Origin: Amoebidium appalachense
Lineage: Eukaryota; Protista; Ichthyosporea
Direction: 5' to 3'
NCBI GenBank assembly: GCA_963693365.1
Contig: CAVNZM010000001.1
Location: 14,618,418 to 14,682,417 of the forward strand
Length of the DNA: 64,000 nucleotides
The translations under genes were made by a program, and so were the position numbers. This document shows positions 42,690-54,683 of this stretch, in pieces. Position 1 is the first letter of the stretch; each line of letters begins with the position of its first letter. The notes beneath the pieces were generated by a model that saw nothing but the letters and a program-made list of their open reading frames with translations, made no database searches and was not told the DNA's origin.

Positions 42690-44091
42690 TGATTGTGGTA
42701 TCAGTGAGTGAAACTTTGGCTGGTGTGTGACTGTACGCGTGCGTGTACGGATGTATGTGTGCACCTATGTTGGGATATGTGTGTTCATGTGCAGCAGCTA
42801 TTGCATGTGCGCATGTGCGTGTGCGTATGTGTTATGTGTTCTTTGGGGGGAGGGGAGGGGAGGGGAGAGGGGGGGTTGTAGGAGTACTTAGATCGTGGTT
42901 GTGACTTGTGCTTAAGCATATGTATTCTTGTGCCTCTGTGAATGCTATCTTTTGGTGCCTCTGTGAAAGCTTTGTTTTGTGTGCATTCATGTTCTAAGCG
43001 GGGCCCTTATTTGTGGATGCTGGTGAGGAGTGTTGTAGCTGGAAACAAAACTGGTGAGGATGCATGAGTGAGGTGTGTGCAAGGCGTCTGTGTGTGTCCC
43101 TCTCTCTCTTTGTGTACGTGTGTGTTACATTGTTTTGTGTGTGCATGACATGGTGCGTCTGTGCGTGTGTGTGTGTGTGTTTGTGCACGTGCATGCCTGT
43201 GCGCACGTGTGTGTTTGAGTGCATGATGAACGTACGTTAAGTATACATGAAAGCAGGTGTGATGAACGTACGTTAAGTATACATGACAATGCACGGGCAG
43301 GAGTGAGCAGGTGTGATGAAACGTACGTTAAGTATACATTAATATGCACGGGCGTGTACATGATCATTGAACATGCACGGGCAGGTGTGAACGTATATGT
43401 GGAAGTGCATCCGCAGATATTAGCTATGTCGGGACGGTGTATGCTACCCATACAACGCAGAGTGAGTTTGTGCTATGGCGGTGATGCGGATTGGGGATTG
43501 TATTGCATTAGGTAACAAAGGGACAGGATGCCGTATGGCATGTATCCCTCCCATGCATGAGCATACGTCATCATGGTGGCTGCAGTTACACGAAGAGGGT
43601 TTATAAGTTAATCTTTACAAGGAGATATGTGCAGGTTTGGATGGTGTATGGAAATTTTGGCGCTATTGCTGAAAAATGCGCAACGTGTGCGACCATCTCT
43701 GTAAAGGCAAGGGATTCTGATCTAACCAAACAGCTTCAGACATGGCAAATGGTTTGTAAGCTTGGCCTAGGACAGCCCACCGGCATGCACAACGAATCTT
43801 TTGACTGATCGTTTACTTAACCATCACAGTGCTGACAAGAGAGCGAAAAGAAGAAAGGGAGGAAGCAGGGTACCATCGGGGGGGGGGGGGGGGGGGAGGG
43901 GGGGAGAGGGGAGGAGGTTCATGTCTGTTTGGGAGGGTGTGTTAGTGTGTTGGTGGTGGTGGTGGTGGTGGTGGTGTGTGTGTGTGTGTGTGTGTGTGTG
44001 CATGTGTGTGTGTGGAGGGGAAGGGGGAAGGGGTTGCGTGTATGCTCACAAAGGGGGGGAAGGGGGCGAGGGTGCGTGTGTGCGTGTGTGT

Positions 44092-44129
<38 letters not shown>

Positions 44130-44929
44130 AGGTAAATCAATCGTGCAGGTAGAAAGAAAAGGCATTGATCAAGAAACCAAACAAAAACCAAAACAATCGT
44201 AACCTAGAAACAGATTAAAAACACAACACAAAAACCAAAGACATTGAGCATGCAGAAGACACCACCAGGGACCACCGCGCGGGGCGGGGGGGGGGGGGGG
44301 GGGGGGGGGGGGGATGTTACCGATTGGGGTGCCGCTTGTGGTACACCACCTGATGGCCCCGTGGTGTTTACAATGTGGTACAGATACATCGTGACTAGCG
44401 GTAGGCCCCCTGCATGGAAAATCACGGCGTATGTCAGCACCAATCATTCGTATTGAGGTGTGTGGAAAAAAAAAATACCACGTCATAAGAGACGAAGAAG
44501 AAAGAAGGTTCCGCTTTATTAAAGACAGCTGGGCCACCATTATCTTGAAACATGTAAAATCTCAATTTTACGCTGAGATTTTACACTAGGCAATCGATTA
44601 CCCAAGTTTTGCCCCAAGCCCTGTGTCTGTAGCCACTTATGATCTAGTAAGATGGTACGACCTATCGACGTGACGTAAACTTGACTTGTCTATCTGTGCT
44701 TCCTCCCACCTAGCCCATCCACCCTCCCCCGTACTTTCCAATCTGCTTAAAAGGCACCACCACCTTTCAAACAGTTGGTAAGAGATTTGATAGAGTCGGA
44801 GGATCACAAGGAGAAAAGGGGTTGCAATATGCAGAAGGCCAACAAGAGAACCCATGCATAAGACCAAAGGGGTTGAGGAGGCATGCACACACCCGCACCC
44901 AAATACGACAACCAACACCAACACACTCA

Positions 44930-44963
<34 letters not shown>

Positions 44964-45267
44964 GGAGGTAGATAGTGTGTACAAATGTGTGTAGGATGGT
45001 GTGTGTGTTTGCCTGAGGTTAAGTATGGAAGACGGTGTGTGTGCACGCAGTACGTGCAGTGGGTGGTGTCTGGTGTGCACGGAATGCAATGTTGTGCCGG
45101 TGTGATGCTCAATGGTGGGGACTGGAGTAAAGAGGAAGGGGATTGTCGTGCACTTTAGGGTGTTCTAGAAGGAATACACACATTGATGCATGGCATTGCG
45201 TAAACACACAGTCTAAGCAAACACAATCCATTTATCTCCCCCCCCCCCCCCCCCTTTCCCCCCCCCT

Positions 45268-45319
<52 letters not shown>

Positions 45320-46406
45320 GCCGTTTCCTCCCCGACCCCTGTTCATACACACGGAGACTGTGCACACTGGCAAGCACATGCGGGCACGCATGCACATACA
45401 ACACAAACACAAACACACACGTGCAAATACACACACACACCGAGGGAAATCCACGTACCGATATCCGCGTAGCAGTGTTTGTGCACAAACCTCCAGTGAC
45501 CCGTTTGCTCCAACTCGGCCTTTATCCTCTGCCGATACTGCATGGTGGACAATATCGTCATACACTTGCATCATGCCTCCCCCCCCCCCCCCTTCCCCCC
45601 CCCCCCAAAAAAGGAACACACACATATACACACCCAATTCCCACCGGCCACACACCCCCTTCCACCGTCCTTTAGTATTTAGGGGGTTTCCCCTTCATTC
45701 CCCCCCCCCCCCCCCCCCTGCTCTACCCTCCCTGCCCGGTCCCCCCCCTTCCCCTCCCCCCCGCCTTTCCCACCCGTTCCCACATTCTCATCACCATGTT
45801 TCTCCTCCCTCTGTCCCTCTCTACCTTCTCATTTGTGTCCAACTTCAACGTACCCCCCCCCCCCCCCCCCCGGCCACCGCCCTTCACCCATGTCTTGTGA
45901 ATCCTCCCCCCCCCCCCCCCCCCGAAGCATATACTACAGTGTATGTGTGCCCCCCTCTTGGCACGTGTGTGCGCTGGATGTGTATGGTATGTTCTAATGT
46001 GCTTCAACATGTTGTTCACCTCCCTTCCTTCCAAGATTTCCCTTTGAGCAGCACATGCTAACCCGAACTCAATGCAATTTTTACCCCCTTCGCCCCGCTG
46101 CGCTTCCTCTCTTCACCCCGTTTCTCTCTTCTCATGTCATGCAAAAAAAAAAAAACAACCCCCTCCCCCCTTTCCCGCCAAAATACACGCTCCACCATTC
46201 TACAACATTTGAAGCGGTGTGGTGTCAGGTACACACAACGGCCACATACAAACCAAATACCTGCACACCTGAAAATTTTCCATACACAAACAATATTCCA
46301 ACACACTCAAGCACACACCTGATATGCTTACACATACACACACACACACATACACACACGTCCCATGCATTCGCCGACACAACAACACGACACCACACAT
46401 ACGTAC

Positions 46407-47412
46407 CCTCGTGAGGTTGATAACATAATCCTTCGTCAGGTTCAACTCTGGCAGATGGATTTCGGCACTGAATGTGGTGTCGGTGGAGGCTGTGGATGGT
46501 GGGGAGAGATTGAGAGGGGGGTTGTGGTGGTGGTTGGTGGGGCAGGGGGGGGGGGGGGGGGGGGGGGTTAGAATGAATCGCAGAGTGGAAAACCAGGAAT
46601 TCATGACGAAAAACACAATGCAGAGATTGCAGAGCACACATATAGAGGATGCATCATAAGCGGTACATCATAAGCGGTGCCTCCGGAGCGAAGAGGTGTG
46701 TGTGTGTGTGTGTGGGGGGGGGGGGGGGGTTTTGAATGCGTCAAAAAGTACGAAGTACACAAGAACAAACGGATAACACGATGCAGAATGCAAGCCATAC
46801 ATAAAGAGTATGCATAATAAGCAGAGCCCATCCTCAGGGGGGGCCCACGTCATCCACAGTACCCGAGTTTCGACCTATTCCCCTCGTTAACGAAACCCAA
46901 CTCAGATACTGTTTCACTTGAACATGAGTAGGTCACCCGTCTTGATCAGAGACGAGCAGGGTTGCTTATGCAGGCAAGGGCAGTGGGAAAGGCCGGGGGT
47001 TAAAGTTGCAGCAGTAAGCAGAAGCAAGAAAAATATAGATAGGAACTCAGGAGACGGGGCTTCTAGGAAGCTCCCCCGTCGATACCTAAGTCGATACTTC
47101 CCTGGCTAACATACTACACCAGCTGAAAAGAATTAAGTCCCGAAGGCCACAGAATTCGTAATCAGAGGGGAAAATATGAGATTTGACCCACGCCGCAGGG
47201 TAGTAACACGCTTACTAGGGCGGAACTTTATCGTCTTCGAACGGAAAGCTATGCCCCCGGATGTCAGCCGGAAATATGGTATCACCCATTGCTTTGGGCT
47301 TGAAAAAAGCCAAACCGATAGTCCGAGTTATGTTACGCCGGCGGGTAACATGCCGCATGGGTTCCAAGGGAGCTGTCGGGGGGACTTTAGAATGTGGAGC
47401 ACGGGGAAGAAG

Positions 47413-47443
<31 letters not shown>

Positions 47444-47517
47444 GGGGGGGGGGAGGAGGAGGAGTGGAGGGAAGGTGTGGCCGCAAGGTTTGAGTGAGGG
47501 AGCATGCACGTAAGCAG

Positions 47518-47571
<54 letters not shown>

Positions 47572-47832
47572 ACACACACCTAAAAGCATGGGCACTGTTA
47601 ACGATGGAGACAGTGGAGACACAAATGAATGCATACAATTCTGTGATGTATGCACAGAATAATTCTGTGAATAATTCTGTGATGTATGCATATGATTTAT
47701 ACACGTGTTGTGCCATGCGGGCAGAATAGGAAAGCTTGATCTACATGCACATCCGGGTGTTAGAATATGTTTAACTGTGTACCTGTGAGGAACAGAGGAA
47801 CAGGGTGTGTGTGTCGCGCGTGTGTGTGCTCT

Positions 47833-47865
<33 letters not shown>

Positions 47866-47985
47866 GAATCGTACATTTTGAGCATAACAGTAGATAGGGG
47901 ACGTGAGATATCTCTTGGTAATAGATGGAATTGGTGAAAAAGTGGGAGAACTGGAGGGGTGGGGGGCTGAAAAACACTTCAGGAC

Positions 47986-48028
<43 letters not shown>

Positions 48029-49109
48029 CTGTTGTGATCGAGCCTTAATATGGCAAAAGAGTATCACGGAGTTTGATCGAAGAGGCCTTGTTGCAGAGCT
48101 CGGCGCATTGTACATGCAGGTCTAGGAAGTATGCACGGGAAGTGGGAAAACCAAGGCAAAATGACGACAAAGATAGAACGAAAATAAAGAGTTGCCCATT
48201 GAAATGGGCAGGTATAACATACTTGAGAGGAGAGAAGTGGCGTACTGGGTTATGAGGCGGGATGGAAAGAGCGCCTGAATGGGCCCCGGGGGGGGGGGGG
48301 GGGGGGGGTTTGAATGCGTCAAAAAGTACGAAGTACACAAGAACAAACGGATAACACGATGCAGAATGCAAGCCATACATAAAGAGTATGCATAATAAGC
48401 AGAGCCCATCCTCAGGGGGGGCCCACGTCATCCACAGTACCCGAGTTTCGACCTATTCCCCTCGTTAACGAAACCCAACTCAGATACTGTTTCACTTGAA
48501 CATGAGTAGGTCACCCGTCTTGATCAGAGACGAGCAGGGTTGCTTATGCAGGCAAGGGCAGTGGGAAAGGCCGGGGGTTAAAGTTGCAGCAGTAAGCAGA
48601 AGCAAGAAAAATATAGATAGGAACTCAGGAGACGGGGCTTCTAGGAAGCTCCCCCGTCGATACCTAAGTCGATACTTCCCTGGCTAACATACTACACCAG
48701 CTGAAAAGAATTAAGTCCCGAAGGCCACAGAATTCGTAATCAGAGGGGAAAATATGAGATTTGACCCACGCCGCAGGGTAGTAACACGCTTACTAGGGCG
48801 GAACTTTATCGTCTTCGAACGGAAAGCTATGCCCCCGGATGTCAGCCGGAAATATGGTATCACCCATTGCTTTGGGCTTGAAAAAAGCCAAACCGATAGT
48901 CCGAGTTATGTTACGCCGGCGGGTAACATGCCGCATGGGTTCCAAGGGAGCTGTCGCCAACAGAGCGGTGTGTGCATGCGTGCGCGTAACGCAATGTGTG
49001 AAGTGTGTCTATAGCTATGAAAGGGGGTATGCAGAAGTGGACAGATGAAGTGTGTGGAGAGAAAAACAGTAAGAAGAAAAGTAGACACCGGTATGTGCAA
49101 CCCCGCACA

Positions 49110-49144
<35 letters not shown>

Positions 49145-49205
49145 AATAAGCGAAGATTACAGGTAATCAACCAGAACAACAAATGACAAGCAAAACAACA
49201 GGCGC

Positions 49206-49243
<38 letters not shown>

Positions 49244-49248
49244 AGGAA

Positions 49249-49345
<97 letters not shown>

Positions 49346-50193
49346 GGAGAGAGGGAGAGAGAGAGAGAGAGAAGGTGGGGGGGGGGGGGGGGGGGAGGGG
49401 AGGGGAGGGGGAGGGGGGTCTTAGGGATGCTGCAGAATCGTCAGATATTAGACAAATCGTACCAATACGATCATTCTCTCATATATGTGAGAAGATTGTG
49501 ACTAACGATGTGCAGATCTGGTTAAGACCTGTTGGGTGTGCAGAGAAAATGGGAGGGGAAGGAGGAGGGAAAGGGGGAGGGGGTTTTGAATGCGGAACAC
49601 AGTACGAAGTACGCATACACGATGAGAAGCATGGTGCAGGACACATGCAAAGGCAAACATTCAAGTATGCAGCATCAGCCATGCGCACAGTATGCGTCAT
49701 AAGCAGAGCCCATCCTCAGGGAGGGCCCAAGTCATCAATTGCGTCTGAGTTTCGACCCCTTAGCCCGCGTATATACGACGCTCCAACTCAGACAGCAGCA
49801 TCAACTGAACTTGGGTGGGTCAACCCGTCTTGATCAAAGACGAGCAGGGTTGCTTATGCAAGCAAGGTGAGCAAAACGGTGAAGATGTATGTGCAAACTA
49901 ATGCAGTGCGGAAAGGGGGAGGGGGGGGGGGGAAGTAAGAGAGGGGAGGGAATGTTAGAGTGTCAGTAGTCTCAGGGGACCCTGCAGAGTCGTTAGATGT
50001 CAGACAAAAACGCACCAACGACCAAGTTCTCCGAGGGGAGAAATGCGTAAAACGTTCTGCAGAGTGGGTTAGAGACCTGCTGATGAGAAGAGTGTATACA
50101 GGGTTTGGCCAGGGGGGGGGGGGGGGGGGGGGGGAAGGGGGGGAAAAAGAAGGTAGGAGGGGAAGGGGGGGGGGGGGGAGGAGAAGGGGAAAG

Positions 50194-50236
<43 letters not shown>

Positions 50237-50281
50237 GGGGGGGGGGGGGGGGGAGGGGAAGGGAGGGGAGGGAGGGAGGGG

Positions 50282-50319
<38 letters not shown>

Positions 50320-53300
50320 CTGTGGTGGACAGATCAGAGACGAGACCTCCATTTCAAAACTTACCAGGCAACCCAAAAAACCTAGCCGGCTGAGAAAGAA
50401 GAACGGCGGGGGAATTGTTTGGGAAAAGGAGCGGGGGGAGAGAGAGAGGGGGGGGGGGGGGGGGGGGGGAGGGGGGGAAGGGGGGGGGGAGAGGGGGAGA
50501 GAGGGGGAGAGGGAGAGAGAGAGAGAGGGAGGGAGAGAACGAGAGAGAACGAAAGAGAGCGAGAGAGGGAGACAGAGAGAGAGAGAGGGAGGGAGAGAGA
50601 GGGAGAGGGAGAGAGAGAGGGAGAGAGAGAGGGAGGGGGGGGAGGGGGGGGGGGGGGGGGGGGAGGTGTAGGGGGCTGGTAGGGGGGGAGGGGGGGGGGG
50701 GGGGGGGGGAACCGGGATAGAGTGGGGGACTAGGGAGTGTTGATCTTTTTAGTGATGATGGAGAGTATGTGAGAGGAGTGAACGCCACGGTATATGTGCG
50801 GGTGTGTGGCGAGAAAGCTGTGCATTTTGTGGTGCAAGAGTCTAAACGAGTAGCCTTTGTTAAGCAATGTTTTAGCAAGTCGTGCAGTGCATGTGGTGAA
50901 TGCAGCAAGTGTGGAGCATTTGCGCTGGTAGCTATGCATTTGACTTGTCATGATGCCGTATTTTGCAGTGCGGGAGATGAATGAGTCGTGATGTGGGAAA
51001 CGAACGATGTCTAGTGTATTGAACGTGGGTGTGTCGAGCTTGTTGTAGATGGTTGTGTGAATGCCGTGATTAGTGCAGGTGATATGCAAGTCGAGGTAGG
51101 GGACAGAGGGGGAGGAACCGGCAGGGTTGAGTTGAAGGCTGGTCTTGGGATATAGACCGAAATCACAATCTTCTAAATAGAGGTGGGAGAGAATGCGAGG
51201 ATTATGAAGGGAGATCAAATCATCTATGTAGCGGCGAGTAAACTGAAAATCTACCAAGACATCAATGCGTTCGTGTGCAATAAGCTTGCGAACAAAATCC
51301 AACTCATAAGTAAAGAGATAGAAATTAGCCAAGAAAACAGCACAGTTTGTACCCATGGGGATACCAATGTCCTGTTTGTAGAGGGTATCGCCAAACACAA
51401 CATATATGTTATCTACGAGGAAACATAGAAAATCCACAAGCTGTGCCTTAGAGAGATGTAGAGAGTGTTCTTTAGGCTCAAAGGAATCATCCTGGGAATC
51501 ATCATCTACACGATCCACCCAGGACAACGTGGAGCCGGTTTTCTTAATAAACATGTGTGGTTTGCGAGCGTCCGTGCATTTTTTGACAAATATTGCGTCA
51601 ATCAGTGTAGTGAGGCGAGCTTTCAAATCATGCAAGTCAATCTTGGTGTAGAGTGTGGAAAAATCAAACACAGACACGGGCGTATTTTCGTGTTGGCGTG
51701 TGGTACGGTTAAGGGCGTTGATTGTGTGTGTGAGTGCGGTGCTATCCGTGAGAATCCAAGAGCTAGTGTTGTGTGGCAGGTGGGGTTTGACAACATCACA
51801 CCACATACGTTCGACATCAGGGGAGACGAACTTAAACACACTAGTGAGAAGGCGGGAGAGAGGTTCAAGTGATGTGGCAGAGGAGTTGGCAATGAAACGG
51901 AAGGTGGGTGGTGTTTTGTGCATTTTAACTATGGCCTGAAATGTGGGCAAGCGTGCAGTGCGACGTCCTGGTGTGCCTTTTATGTCATGTGTTTTGAGAA
52001 ATGCAAGGTGTTGTGCAACAATGTCTTTTGGTGCAGTGTTGCAGACGGTGTATGTTGCGGCAGGTGCATGCAGTTCGGCTGTAATGCTGCTAACGTAGTG
52101 TTTTTTGCAGACGATCACGAACGTGTTGCTAGCTTTATCCATTGTGGTGACTACGAAACGTTTTTGGAAGCGACGCAGTAGAAGCACAGAAGCTTGTGGT
52201 ACGGTGTGTGTGTTGGGTGCGTGTTGTGCATATGGCAGGAAGGGGCGACACTTAGTAAAGACGGCGGCTGCCCACGGATTCAAAGAGGGATAAGCTGCCA
52301 TACCAAGATCGTACATCTTGTTACAGAAACTTTGCAACGCCTGTGTCAATAAATTGCTACAGGTGGTGTCCTCCGTCTGCTCGACCTGCATTCGGAACTT
52401 GGTTCCAAAATGCATGAGCGATGCAAAGTCTGCGGGCAGGCCGGGAATGTCTAAGCGCGATGTAAGCACGTGTCCGTGTTGTGGGTGTACGTATGGCGCA
52501 TAGTGCGGGTCGTTGCAAGGGCAGGGTTGTGCATGGATGTTTGCTATGGTGTCCTGCGGGAGTCGTGCGGTGTGTTTGCAGTTGATAGTGGTGTAGCCCA
52601 GGGTAGACACATATTTCCACACAGCAGAGATACGGAATTTACGCATTTCAAGCGGCAGGAGAGCATGTATTTCTTTGTCTTTGATGATGCGTTGCAAAGG
52701 GATTCTATCGAGCCCGGAGTTATGAAACACAGACACCAACATCACATGAGGTTGCGACATGTCAACACGTTCAAGTTCAAAACGACTACGTAATTCACGT
52801 TTGAGGCACGCAGCAATCTGTGAAAGGCGAGGTTGAGCAATGCCGGTGGGGAAAGCAAGGAGGTGCTCCTTCATCCTAACGATGTTGGAGGTGTTAAAGC
52901 GGTGTAGATATGCAGAGGAAAAGATACCACGAGACATAAGACTATCGATGTGCAGTAGGCGGCGTGTGAAGCAGCGCGAAAGAAACATGCGTGAGGGGTG
53001 TATAGGAGGCAGGTTGAGTGCAGGTGCAGGTGCAGGTGCAGGAGAGGGTGGAGGGGGTGTAGGAGGGGGTGTGTTGTGGAGAGCAAGCCGTGCACGCATA
53101 TACAGCATGGGGTTGTGCACACGTGTAAAACGATTGCGCGATTGGCGGTGGCTTCGGTATTGCGAATTATAGCCGGTAGTAGGTACGTGTGCTTGCAGTA
53201 TGTGAGTCCAGAAACGTTCCCTAGCGAGACGCTGCGTTTTATCAGTGTCAGCGTTTGTGCGTGGAAGCTGTTCGATTGGAAACATAATGAAGCTCTCGTG

Positions 53301-54644
53301 CCCGGACTTAGCCATATCCCAGTAGAGTGGACGGTTGTGCTCTTTGTGCTTGAAAAGAGCCCATTTTCTACTGTTTTGCGAATGCCGCTGGAATCTTTCA
53401 AAAGCGGATTTGCTAGTTTCACCAACGTAGCACCTGCCAATCGTTTTGTGAAACACAACATAGATGACGTTGGTGTCGTGAATAGGATGTAGTGCATGCT
53501 TGGTGAGGGAGTGTTTGAGTTGCAGACGCCAGAGACGTTTAAGCATGGGGTGAGTGTGATTCAGGACGGTGTTTGTGTAGGGACCTGCAAGTTGTTGCCA
53601 TGAGATGGTGCGAGGGGCGTTGGTGTAAGCATGTGAGGTGTTGTGTGCATTGTAGAAAGCAGACACGTGTTTGCGGCTAAGTTGGCGAGAGTGGCGTTGT
53701 GTGGAAAACGTTTCCCTTGGTGGAGCCACACCTCCACCGAAGGGGCCAGATCCGAGAACGGTTGGAGCCAATCGAGCGCATTTGCCAACACCATATCGAG
53801 CGCTCTCTCCCCCCCAAAGGGGAAAGCGATATAGATATATGGGGGGGGGGGGGGGGGGGAGGGGGGGGGAGGGGGGAGAGGGGGATGGGACAAGAGCAAA
53901 GGGAGGGGAATTGTTTACAACGGGTTATAGAGAACGAAATACACATTCATACAACATCATGCAGAGCACAAGCCACATAAAGAGTATGCATAAAAAGCAG
54001 AGTCCGCCCTCTCGAGGGAGGGAGGGGGGGGGGGGAGAGGGGTGGAAGGGGATGGGGGTGGGTGTGTGTGTGTGTGTGTGTTGGAGGAGGGGGGGGGGGG
54101 GGGGGGGGGGGGGGATGTTACCAGGCACGGTGTACCGGTAGATGAGCACATAGGGCTCCTCTCTAGCCTCCAGGTCGCCTACGGGCTCGAAACTGATGGT
54201 GGGGGTGTCTGAACTCCGCCGCCGGGCAGTTTTCACCATCGACCTCAGCTTCTGCCCACTGAAGAAAATGCAGGATGGGTGGTTAGACTTAAAGCACTCA
54301 AACCATGTTTGGGTGTTGTTCTTAGAGTCTATAGATTGTGTCACCAGAACCGTTGCTGCACAAAAAAGAGGGAGGGAAAGGAAACATACGTGGTAGGAAA
54401 TGGTGAACGGGTAAAGGAGGTAGGATGCGCTAGGGCGGGACAAGATAGATACAACGGAGTGTAGGGCAAGATACGATAACTACAAGAGAGAGGTGCAGAG
54501 GTGAAAGGCAAGATATGATGGCCTATAACACTTTTTTGGCCATCAGGGCAAGATAGCTACAACAGAGGCACAGTTCAATGGCTCCTCTATCTCCTTTGTC
54601 TTTACACAATACAACCAATGAGCTTATCTGAAACTCTGTCTCGT

Positions 54645-54683
<39 letters not shown>

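Larger units (their letters stand above)
48309..54022 (-). mobile_element. Penelope-like retroelement, Naiad/Chlamys-type (N-terminal GIY-YIG), apparently full length, with 2.4-kb modular 3' region
   Basis: Intact EN-RT ORF; 3' end CATTCAAA|Cn; a diverged tail-like segment upstream at ~53909-54022 (pseudo-LTR-like); other copies in the window. Confidence 0.88.

Noticed and set aside
43222-43340. Three copies of GATGAACGTACGTTAAGTATACAT, and similar small duplications at ~47635-47695 and ~60077-60137
   Set aside because: Consistent with ordinary local tandem duplication; no further structure.
47040-47145. RNase MRP-like GACGGGGCTT and AAGTCCCG motifs on the + strand
   Set aside because: The order is reversed relative to CR-I/CR-V, and the segment is part of a repeated retroelement 3' region.
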